Part shown: positions 53,214 through 64,000 of the stretch, piece by piece
Layout of the letters: each line of letters begins with the position of its first letter
Numbering within the stretch: position 1 is the first letter of the stretch
Translations under genes and position numbers: made by a program
Notes under the pieces: generated by a model
What the model saw: the letters and a program-made list of their open reading frames with translations, nothing else
What the model was told of the DNA's origin: nothing
The model's database searches: none
Assembly: GCA_964234715.1 (NCBI GenBank)
Contig: OZ174278.1
From: Podarcis melisellensis
Lineage: Eukaryota
Direction: 5' to 3' (one strand)
Length of the DNA: 64,000 nucleotides

Positions 53214-54547
53214 GCTACAGTAGTATCTGCTTCAGAGGGCGCAGAGAAATTCTGGCAAAATGAAAATGATTTTATCACAGACGTGTCTTTAAGCCTGAGT
53301 GATTTATATGCTAAAGAGATCCCTTTCCCTTGCTGCCTTTGTGGGGGGAAAGGAGAAGGAAAAAACAGAGTGAACAGGGAGGGAAAGGAGAAGAAGATGG
53401 AGAGAGAAAGAGGATGGCAGCAGAGCTGGCAGTTTGGCTTAGTGTCCTCAAAGAGAGAAAAGCTACTGGTTTGGCTGATAGGCATTTGGCACGTGCAATA
53501 ACTTTTCATTTTAATATGTAATTGTAATAAATTATGTATCTTTCATTTCACTTATTAGATTGTATTTGAATATGTCCACTGCCCAGGGGAGGGGAAATGG
53601 CCTGCCTTTTAACAGCAGCTTTATATGCAGGAATTAAAGGTGAAGCTCTTCCTGGCACATTATCACATGCTAGTGGTCTAATGCCTGCTAGAGTCCCTAG
53701 TACAGTGTAAAAGTTGGAAACCCTAGTTTCAAACTGATTTATGATGCCAAATCAAGGGATTAAGCATGATTGTTGTTTAAGTTCTCCCTTTTCCCATGCT
53801 ACTTTAAGGAGGTACCATAATGCTGCATGGCACTACAGTTTTTCATAACTTCCCAGACTATAAGCTCATAAAACTAAATTCTATCCTCCAATTTTTAAAA
53901 AAATCATCTTATAATATTTTAGTATGGAAAATAATTAGATGTGGAGTCGTATTAGTAGTAGGATAAAGTAAAGCTGCCTGTCTCTGGTCCATTCTTGCAA
54001 TTTGAGACAGTGACCAAATTTCCTATTAACCTTGTTGCTCTTTCCAGTGAGCAAGTCTTAACCCCCCCCCCTTTTCATTGATCAGCATTAATTAGAAGTT
54101 GCATTATTAAAGGTTCAGAAGAAGTCAAACATACTTATGGAGACAATATTCCTTCAGTAAAAAAAGAGAAATGCAGTCACATTTTCTTTCCCTTAGCAGT
54201 TCTGGGAATACAGTGACAAAACCAAAACATCTTACTTGGTAAATTATTAATGTTCAATACTTTTTATGTCAGCTGTAGAAGTTAATTTGTGTGTAACTGA
54301 GAAATTAGCATATTGCTGACCCAGAGTATTAAAGCCTTATTATTAGGATGTTTTCTTTGATGGTACTCTTTGTTCGTATTTCCGTTTTCTAGAAAAAGCT
54401 AAAAGGTTGCTGCTAGGTCAGTAACACACTATTATTGACCATGTTAAAACCATAGATAAAGTAAAGATCAAACCTCTGTGGTCATACCTATGTCCTTAGC
54501 TATAAAGTAGACCACCAGTCAGTACAAATAAAACTCTCTGCAAAAGA

Positions 54548-54668
54548 GCCTACCTCACAGGGTTGTTTTCAGGATGAAATGGAGAAGGGAATAACCATGT
54601 GTGCCATCTTGAGTTCCTTGGAGGAAAGGGAGGTATAAATGCAATAATTGTAATTATAATAATGATAA
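54548..54668 (+). mobile_element. CORE/MIR-like SINE 3' half with L2-type tail
   Basis: cctacctcacagggttgttttcaggatgaaatg (CORE end), then gccatcttgagttccttggaggaaagggaggtataaat and an AT-rich tail. Confidence 0.7.
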
Positions 54669-54910
54669 ATATTGCAGAAATCAGTTTAAATTCAATTGAA
54701 TCAAATTGAACCTCCTCCCATACCACCCTTATATTATATCCTAAATATGTTCCAGTTCTTTCAGGTTGGAAAAGACCACAACCTGCCTATAAATGAGATA
54801 AGGCTTTTACTTGGCAGTAGTCCTACTTATCTTCTGGAACAGAATGATTAGTCCCAGAGCTCCCTGTTGCCTACAGTGCTTGTGACCAGTAATTGGCACT
54901 ATTTTTCTGT

Positions 54911-54972
54911 CAGGCTATAATATTCACATTTTGCAGTTACATTACAGGCTATAATATTCACATTTTGAAGTT
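54911..54972. repeat. Direct duplication of 28 bp (34-bp period)
   Basis: caggctataatattcacattttg(c/a)agtt twice. Confidence 0.9.
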
Positions 54973-56717
54973 TTGTACTATATTGTTGCTTTTATTTTGA
55001 AGTTAACTTTATCTTTTTTCCACTTGTCGATTAGTAATATAACAGTATATAATTTAAATACTAATGGAGTTATCAAGACAGTACTAAATTACTAGGGCTG
55101 TATTGCAAGTAATAATGTATGTGCCCTTGTGAGCCATATCAACAAACAATGCCTAATATGAGGTTAGCTACAAATTCTTAGAAGCACATGCCCGTGCGCT
55201 TTATTCTCCCAGAAATCAATGGAATGTAAGTGTAGGTTGTGATCTGAAGAAATCATGATTAGGATTTTGTGAGTATTACACATGTGAGCAAAAAGAATCT
55301 TGTGTTTTTCCAGAGTTCTTTCTGCTGTATGTGTAAGAATGGGCTTCTGGATAATGAATTAAAAGGGCACAACCTGAATCTGAAACTAGTATACTGTACT
55401 TAGGTCCAGTGCAGATTAAACACTTGCAGTGTAATAGGTGTACCGCCCATTATTTGAGAGCAAATTCAATTGAAATTACCTTCAATGTGGGTATGTTTTG
55501 TTTTGGGCAATATTGAGAAAGTGGGGAATAGGAAGAACATGGCTCTCTTCTTGTACCCTATTACATAGTGTCCCAAAGTACTATAAGATTTAGGGTGTTA
55601 GATTCAACAATGGAAGAAACTCAGTGATCAAGAGCCCCACACACTCATGAACTGCATATGTTTAGGATCAATGCTTGCCTGTTTTGCTTAGATAGAGAAT
55701 AACTTGAAGATACACAGTTCTTTCAGAACACTGCCTTAGAATAACTTGAAAACAATATAGGTAGGGGAAAGTAATTAGAACCACTATTGTATGGTCTAGA
55801 CATCAGGATTAACAGATTTGATGTGAAGGAAAATGTCATAAGATATTAATTAAGAGGAAAATATTAGTTTGATATTAACTTGGTGGATTCAACTACTCTT
55901 CATTCTCTTCATGCTACAGTACTGAGATTACTGCCCAATTCCTTGTTAAAGTCTGGCTGTTAGCAATCACCTCTCTCTGCACCTCTATTTTCCTGTGAGA
56001 TCTCCTGTCTGTGTAATGATGAGGTATGATTCTGCTCAGTCTGTGAGATCAGAAAAGATCAAAGCCAAATGTGATATGCCTCTAAGCAATGTGCTGAAAT
56101 AAAGTCCCAACAACTCACAACACAATCATTGTTCATTATGATTTCCTTTAGGGAAGCTCCTCATAGGGAATGGCTTAACCGGAAGGAAATAGTTATCAAA
56201 CTGTCTGATAAAAAGATGGACGTAGATAACAACCTACCTATAACTAACGCTCTGCTGTCCTACAAAATAAAGTGGTTCCAAAGAACTTGTATAAACTTAT
56301 ATTCTGAATAGAATATATTGTCACAGTCAAATAATTTACCATTTTTTTCCTGAAACCTTGACTGACTGATTGGTCTATGATGGTGTTTAATAGTTTATGT
56401 TTTTCAACCTCCTGCTTACTCAAAATAATATAGGTAATTAGGAATCTGTTGATTAGGATCAGTTCAATGAATAATTACTCTAGAGACATTCTTATTACTG
56501 GACACCTTATCTGGATCTCCAGAGAAAACAACATTAATTGTAAAGTGTATATTATTTCCCTTCACAGCTTACATCAGCTTAAGTTAAGTATTTCAAATTA
56601 GCAAATCATGTTATTTTTAAATAAAGCTTTTGTTGACTGAAACTGAATACATTAACTGGGCAGTTAAAGCTTTATTTATATAGTTATTTTATGCTTTTCA
56701 GAAGAAGTAATTCAGGC

Positions 56718-57317
56718 AATGTGTGGAGCTGCCTCTGAAGATGGTTCAGAAACTTCAGCTGGTGCAAAATGCAATGACGAGCTTGCTCACCATAACAAGG
56801 TGGTTTGAGCATATAAAACCAATTCTGGCACAACTGTACCGGCTGCTGATTAGTTTCTGGGCCCAATTCAAAAGTGCTGGTGTTGACTTACACAGCTCAG
56901 GATCTCAATATGTTTGGGATCACCTCTCCCCATACGAATCAACCTGGCTCTGCATTGTCCTCTGAGGCCCTTTTCTGTGCCCCCTCCAAGAGAGGTTAAG
57001 AGGTTGGCAGCACAAGAACGGGCCTTTTCTGCAGTGGCTCCCCATTTGTGGAATGTTCTCCCCAGGGCGGCTTGCCTGGCACCTTCATTATACACCTTTA
57101 GACACCAGGTGAAAACATTCCTCTTCAAGCAAGCCTTTGGCTGATTAACTCCAGTGTCCTTTTAAATGTTTTCGAGGGTGGGGTTATTGTTTTGTTTTGT
57201 CTTTGGTCATGTTTTTATTATATATAGTGTGTTTTTAATCTTGCATTTTTATGCTCTGAACTGCCCTGATATTTTCAGATGAAGGGTTGCATTTAATAAA
57301 TAAATAAATAAATAAAT
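56718..57317 (+). mobile_element. L2 LINE 3' fragment, older copy
   Basis: LPLKMVQKLQLVQNA...HIKPILAQL and RAFSAVAPHLWNVLP...FRHQVKTFLFKQAF, frameshifted, followed by a 3' UTR and (TAAA)n tail. Confidence 0.9.
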
Positions 57318-60300
57318 AGGAAAACCAAGCACAGTTCTGTCAAAGAATTTATTCTATTCCACCAAAGTAAATGGAGAAACCTATCCTTGAAAATAGCTAC
57401 TGTTGCATTTGCTGTTTTAGATGTTTTTGAAAGTAAATGTGTTTTCTCAAAGGTTTTAAAAAGACACTTCATCAGAACTAAATAGTTCTTCCATGCTGGA
57501 GAAACAAAAGCCAAAAGCTTCACACCTCTTTTAACTGAAATATGCTTAGTGATAGTGGTAGGCCTAGCTTCTATGTTTAAGGTACTTCGTTTCATTGACA
57601 TGTTGTACGCAAATAGACCCAGTAATAAAATATCCAGACATCATGAATCTCATTTGTTTCTAGCTGTGACTAGTGCAGAAAGGGATTAGATATGGATCTG
57701 TATTATGCCCTCTTGTACCGAACTGTGAAATCTCAGAAGCCAGCTGAAGAGGTCTAATCTTCAGACAAACAACCTGATCTTTTTCCCAACGATAGGATTA
57801 ATAACCTGTAGGTAAAGCAATGATATTTGTAAACACACTTCTGACTTTCCCGAGGGCTGTAGTTTTGAATGTAGTTCCCTTCTTTATGCAAAAGGACCTG
57901 ACAGGATTGTGACAAGAATTCTGACACCTTCCTCCTCTCTGTGCCCTTGTAGCAAAGGTGAGGCAACGTTCATGGTATTGCATCACTTACTTGGTTTGAT
58001 GTGAAAAGGGATATATGCACCTTGTATTGAGAGAGACTGTTTTGCAAAGTCAAACCTTTAGGAAGAGCATTTGATTAGATGAAAACAGCCAAAAATATAT
58101 TAAAATAGCCGCACTTCCTTAACACTGTGCTGTTAAGGAAAAGAGAGAGAGAGGGGAAACAAAAACAAGTAAATTAAATATCAAGCTCCTAAATGTGAGA
58201 ACACTTAATTGTTCATGTGGCATGTTCTTTTTGGTAATACTGGAGAAAAGGTATCTGAAAGCACACACTGCTCTTAAATTCACAAATGGTCCCTAGGCTG
58301 ATGATGCTATTTTTATTATGACTGCTTCAGCTTGACTGTAAACCAGATGTTGAAGCAATCACACAGCATTTCGCTTATGTGAGATGCTTATCAACAGAGG
58401 CCAGAGGCTTAGACCATATATTTTATTGCAGTATACTTGACGCCTCCAAACCTTTGCATATGCTTTGCAATTCCTGAGTGTGCCGACTGGTAAATCAGTA
58501 GGATGGTGGTAAAAACAAATTACAGTGGAACATATTAGTGTTGTGACTGTAAAATCTGCAGTTCAGTTTTGCAGAAAAACAATGGCATTGTTGCTTTCTT
58601 CTTCTGTCTCATTCATGTTACTTGTGAAATTGTTTTTAAAATTTGAGCATATGCTATAAAATCTTCTTTAGTAAGCTTTGCATTGATTTGCATTTGCAAA
58701 TCTGCTTTGCAAACAGATAAAAGACCACCTGACTATTAAGTGGTGGTTGAAATCTGTTTTGGTAGTTGGTACTGCTTTAATAAAAAAAAGAAAAAGAGTG
58801 AAGTAAAGTGAAAAATGCTGTAATTTGTACAACTGAGTGCTTCACTTACAGCAAAGAGCTGTGATTTCTGGTCTGCTCAACCAGACATTTCTTAAAACAA
58901 GGATAATAGCTCTGAGAGCAAAGTACACAAAACCTGACCCAGTAGCCTCATTTTAGCTTTTATCTCCTGGTTCATTTTCCAGGAAAGAATCCTATTTTTC
59001 TGTCAGATGAAATATCATAATTCGTATTGAGATTAGCAGCCTGTGTATAAAGCAATATTTTGTGAGCTTCTCCCTCCCTGTACACACACAAACACACATA
59101 CACGACAAAATTCTGGATGGAGGAATGTCTTTTGAACATTTTGAACCTTTTGATCATCTGAGACACACCAGAAAAAAATACAAAAGAGAAAGATAAATGG
59201 CAGTTTCTGCCCTTCCCTAGCAATTTCCACATACTTGTCAAGTTGCTGTGAAGTCTTTATGCCTCAGGAACAGATGAAATCTGGGAAAATGAATACTGTT
59301 ACAAGCCACCCCAGTCTCTTCTGAGTGGCGGAAGATTCCAGGGATCTTGGCACTTAACCAAGGTTTGTGTTTTCTTTGGGGAAAATGAGGCACAGTGTCT
59401 TTAAGAAGTATAGTTTATTTACACATATTTACATCTGAATTTAGATGGGGAGAGAATTCACAGCATTCACAGCTCAAGAGCGGCTTGTCCTTCCCAGCAA
59501 CACAGCATTGGATTCTGAGGCATCCTAAGTGTCATCTCTGTCTCTCTCTTTGTAACATCCTGCTCCAATCAGTGAGCATGGCTGCTGTCCTTCAGTACCT
59601 GCATTGAGTTGCTCCTCTCCCTCCTCCTTGTTTCCAGCAGCACTTGCAGAAAGCGGCTCTTCCCCTTCTGTATCTCCTTTTGCCCCCAATCATCCTGGCA
59701 ACCTCTTGTTTCTCAAGGCCATTGCAAAAGACCCTTTTCCCTGTTGCTTACATCAGGCCATTGGTAATCCAACCCCAGAAGCTCCTGGGCAGAGAGTTTT
59801 ATGTTTTGCCAGTGGCTTACCATTATCAAACAAAGCAGGCCATTATCAGCCTTCTGTTTCTTCAACAACCCACCCTCAGCCAGCTTTGCCAAGTTGGCCT
59901 CATGAGGAAGCTAGTTGGTATTACAGTATTTCCAGCCCTTGCTAAATTTATGAGTTTGCTCAAATTTCAATCCCTCACTGAACGTAGAGATTATTTCGGG
60001 GGTGGGGCCATCCTCCCAAAACATAATAAGGAAACATTGAAATCTGATGTATAGCTCTTTTCAAGCCTAGTAGTTTTGTAATACAATTTTCCCAGGCAGT
60101 AGAAATAAAGCCCCAAAGCATAAGGCAATTCATATATTTAGATGCCTATTGTGTTTCTGGATGAGGAAGTACAGTTTTCTTGCAAAACCAACCCTAAACT
60201 ACAGTGTAGAAAACTTGCTTAACCAGATAATCAGATTCCTGCAGGGGAAAGTGATTGGGGGACAAAACATACTGGTGGTGGGCATAGCCCAAGCCCAAGT

Positions 60301-60512
60301 GGGTTGGGCCAAAACAGATACACCCATTTGCACACACAACTTGACATTTCTCAGTTTGGCTTCTATGTTGTGTGCTGAGAAAGGGAACAGCAATACAGCA
60401 AGCTGGAATGTGGCAAGCAATTCTCTCTGTACATTACTAGCTTCCTTCTCAGCCTATTTTCCAATGGAAAAAAAATAGTGCCAGCTGTATTGGTCTGATG
60501 AAGCAGATTGCT

Positions 60513-60658
60513 GTGTCCCTGCTTTGCCAGCCCAATCAGCTTCTGTACTGGCTGTAGAGAGACGGAAGACTGTTCTTCTGACAGTTTAGAAGCCAATTGG
60601 GCTGGTAAGCGTTCCTCTGCCAGTATAGAAACCGGTCAGGCTAGCAAAGCAGGGACAG
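60513..60658. repeat. Imperfect ~145-bp inverted repeat
   Basis: tgtccctgctttgccagcc...ttctgtactggc / gccagtatagaa...ggctagcaaagcagggaca. Confidence 0.75.
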
Positions 60659-60664
60659 AATACC

Positions 60665-61000
60665 TCCTCTTATCTAACAACTTGATTTTACTATCAATAA
60701 TTTTGTTCTATCAGTTCTTCACATTTTCTTTATAACTCCCATCTAGCTCTTTCTCCTCTTTCCAATATATACTAATTCTTCCTGTTTCCTCACCTACTAT
60801 TAAATCTACATTTTCATCTACATTAATCCTCTTACCTTTGCCTATTAACCAACTTTTTTGCAACCTGTTATATCATTTTCTTACCCAATTTTTTTGCATA
60901 GTAGAGTAAGTTGTTCCCGACCAACAACATATATTTTTCATTAAATCTTTCTTATCTTTTTCCTTCCCTATTCTCAATTCTGATGTTACCACAATCCCCC
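60665..61000 (-). mobile_element. Probable degraded L1-clade 3' fragment
   Basis: Strongly pyrimidine-rich on +. The minus strand carries cttactctactatgcaaaaaaattggg (LLY.AKxW-like L1 ORF2 C-terminal remnant). Confidence 0.45.
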
Positions 61001-61537
61001 TTAAAATGTATAACTTTCATTAAGCATATTTGTAAGATTAAACTTGGCAAACCAATTGGCTATTTGGTCCAGATGCTTGTTTTCATATGATCAAGGTCCA
61101 TTAATCATTTTCCCACTTCTGGTTTGCAGTTTTGTGACTGAAAGTGGAAATAGTGGCATGCTGAAGGCCAGCTTGTAGGTTCAAGGCTGAAATGGCTTTA
61201 TAGAGGGACTTCCTAGTCATAGCTATAACTCTGCTTTTTAGTTATAGCTGTCACCTAAGAGACTGCTCTTTCCATTCATTTTATTATTACTATCATTGGA
61301 GAGAGAGAGAGCCCTTCATTTCATTTTGAATAACCTCTTGTTTTTCTTTTATTTCTCTGCCCCAGTACTTTATAACAAACAATATTTTTTATCATTTTTG
61401 CTGCCTCCCCACGCCCTACTTACCATTTTTCTCTTCCCTCCCATCTGCTAGGATAGATTGGCAAGTTTATTCACATTCATTTAAAACACTTATTCATGTG
61501 AATAGGGCTTGCCTTGTGTGGATATTATACAGTACTA

Positions 61538-61901
61538 AAAAGGTAAAGGTAAAGGTACCCCTGCCCGTACGGGCCAGTCTTGACAGACTCTGGGGTTGTG
61601 CGCCCATCTCACTTAAGAGGCCAGGGGCCAGCGCTGTCCGGAGACACTTCCGGGTCACGTGGCCAGCGTGACATCGCTGCTCTGGCGAGCCAGAGCCGCA
61701 CACGGAAACGCCGTTTACCTTCCCACTGGTAAGCGGTCCCTATTTATCTACTTGCACCCGGGGGTGCTTTCGAACTGCTAGGTTGGCAGGCGCTGGGACC
61801 GAGCAGCGGGAGCGCACCCCGCCGCAGGGATTCGAACCGCCGACCTTTCGATCGGCAAGTCCTAGGCGCTGAGGCTTTAACCCACAGCGCCACCTGTGTC
61901 C
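61538..61901 (-). mobile_element. Sauria SINE, young full-length copy with perfect TSD
   Basis: (AAAGGT)n tail on +, intact B-box (ggttcgaatccc on minus), many intact CpGs. 14-bp TSD attatacagtacta at 61524-61537 and 61902-61915. Confidence 0.95.
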
Positions 61902-62574
61902 ATTATACAGTACTAGAAATGATTATATGCAGATTGGAGTAAGGGGGAGTTTTTATCTATCTATCTATTTAGCATTTGTTTTTTTAGCCCTTCCAAATTT
62001 TGAAAATCAGTAGCATCACTAATAAATTTTAGTATATTTCTATTTCTATTTCAAAACTGAACTGAGATAGTCCCTCCCTGCAGAAAGTAATTCAATCAAT
62101 GAAAGCTAATGGGTACAGAAGCCTTGTTTTTGTTGTTCTCAGAATACAGATTTGCTTAAAGTTGTGAGCTTTCAAGAAATTTTTCATAATACCAAATGAA
62201 ATAATTTGTTCTTTATGAAATAAGAGCTTGAGGGAGTAGCAGTACTAACAAGCCCAGTTGAATTCTTTTCCTGTTTACAGAAACAAAGTTAGAGATATTG
62301 CTAAATTTGGGAAAAATATAACAAAACAGACTGATCCATTAAACCCGGCTGACTAAACCTTTCAAAAGACTATGTGACAGCTCTGCACTTAGCTGTGAGA
62401 AGGTAAAGCCATAGATGCTATGGGGAGGAACTTAAGTTTCTACCTCCTCTCAATCATTTTAGTTGTAACCAAGCCACATATGTCCTGGTTCACGCATTAC
62501 ATGAACACGTTAGCCTGTGTAACCATGGAGATACGATATTTGGACTCTTTGATCAAGATTCCATTGAATACCAC

Positions 62575-63249
62575 AGAGGCGGCTGTTTATCAGCTCCATC
62601 TGGTACGCAGGCTGAGACCCTATCTGCCCGCAGACTGTCTTGCCAGAGTGGTGCATGCTCTAGTTATCTCTCGCTTGGACTACTGCAATGTGCTCTACAT
62701 GGGGCTACCTTTGAAGGTGACCCGGAAACTACAACTAATGCAGAATGCAGCAGCTAGACTGGTGACTGGGAGCGGCCACCAAGACCATATAACACCGGCC
62801 TTGAAATACCTACACTGGCTCCCAGTACATTTCCAAGCGCAATTCAAAGTGTTGGTGCTGACCTTTAAAGCCGTAAACGGCCTCGGTCCAGTATACCTGA
62901 AGGAGCGGCTCCACCTCCATCGTTCTGCCCGGACTCTGAGGTCCAGCGCCGAGGGCCTTCTGGCGGTTCCCTCGCTGTGAGAAGCCAAGTTACAGGGAAC
63001 CAGGCAGAGGGTCTTCTCGGTAGTGGCACCTGCCCTGTGGAACGCCCTCCCACCAGATGTCAAAGAGAAAAATAACTACCAAACTTTTAGAAGACATCTG
63101 AAGGCAGCCCTGTTTAGGGAAGCTTTTAATGTTTAATAGGTTATTGTATTTTAGTGTTTTGTAGGAAGCCGCCCAGAGTGGCTGGGGAAACCCAGCCAGA
63201 TGGGCGGGGTATAAATAATAAATTATTATTATTATTATAAATTATTATT
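62575..63249 (+). mobile_element. L2 LINE, 5'-truncated, relatively young
   Basis: YQLHLVRRLRPYL...HALVISRLDYCN...KLQLMQNAAARLVTG...HITPALKYLHWLPV is the L2 ORF2 C-terminus. One premature stop at 62978-62980, then a 3' UTR and (ATT)n tail. Confidence 0.93.
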
Positions 63250-64000
63250 GTGCCTGAGCAGGGAAAGTGCCAAATGCAATGTTACAGAGAACTTAGTTAG
63301 TACAAGGTTATATCCAAACTCAAATTGCCTGGGCCACTATCTTATACTTTGTTTCAGTGATACAGATAGAAATAACTGAAAGTCTAATAGTTGGGGCGGC
63401 AAACAATCTGGAAGGGTGAAATGAAGGCCTATATACACCCGAGCAGAGGTTGCCAAACTTTTGTGACTTATGAGCATATTTGAAATTTTGAGAAAGTTCT
63501 ATGTACCCTCCGCTCGGGTTGCTTATATCACCTCTGGCCCAGATCACTCTCTGCTCCACTGAAAGGCAGAAAAAAAGAGATTGCTCATGCACATACACTA
63601 ATTCTTTGCTTTTCCATAGGGACTTGATAACAGTTGAACCAGTTATTTTAAAAATCACTTGAATTTGCATGATTTTATACAGGGTACCTCTCATGTAACT
63701 CCCACCTCCCCGTACACCCTCTAACAAATTAAAGGTTATAATGGTAGACTGCAAACAAAACAAAAATCATGGATCCAGTACTATCTCTATTAATTTTTTT
63801 TGGATACCTAGTATTCATGTTCTTTATTTTACTGTTTAATATTGTATTGAATTGATTCTTTCCTGTATCCTGTCTTGCTATTTTATAACAAAAGGCAGTC
63901 TATACACATTTTAATAAATGCGAGGAATTCCTGACAGCTATCATCACTTTGTGGGCTGAAGGCAAATGCTGGCCTCAGGAGTACCCCAGCTTCTTTAGGG

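Noticed and set aside
52941-53501. 186-aa ORF
   Set aside because: Reads through an antisense Sauria SINE and a purine-rich tract. No protein homology evident.
18507-54972. Short direct repeats (18507, 30663, 32225, 54911) as a possible CRISPR-like or array system
   Set aside because: Each is an unrelated two-copy slippage duplication, with no constant repeat, no spacer series and no associated genes.
60495-60520. Hammerhead-like CTGATGA followed by a short stem (agca...tgct)
   Set aside because: The required GAAA after stem II is absent. The CTGATGA at ~11715 likewise lacks proper stems.

Overview
This window is AT-rich, CpG-depleted vertebrate DNA from a squamate reptile, inferred from three Sauria SINEs plus squamate-type L2, CR1, RTE and L1 LINE remnants and TcMar/hAT MITEs. 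I find no host protein-coding exon, RNA gene, CRISPR array or CpG-island promoter that I can support. It reads as a very large intron or gene desert. The ORF track is almost all chance ORFs, and the only recognisable proteins are decayed LINE ORF2 fragments. Between the repeats lie several repeat-free blocks rich in TALE/Hox motifs (TGACAG, TGATNNAT) with locally retained CpGs. These resemble conserved non-coding enhancers of a developmental gene, but conservation and locus identity cannot be shown from this sequence alone. The best leads are: (1) a candidate frame-shifting microexon inside the ~8.9 kb block, (2) a Pbx-Hox/Meis composite at ~22.1 kb, (3) an ORF-less, RTE-tailed non-autonomous retroelement with a nested L2 tail at ~48.8-49.6 kb, and (4) paired Tc2-like MITEs, one carrying repeated GC-rich hairpins. 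I found no convincing evidence of a wholly new biological system.
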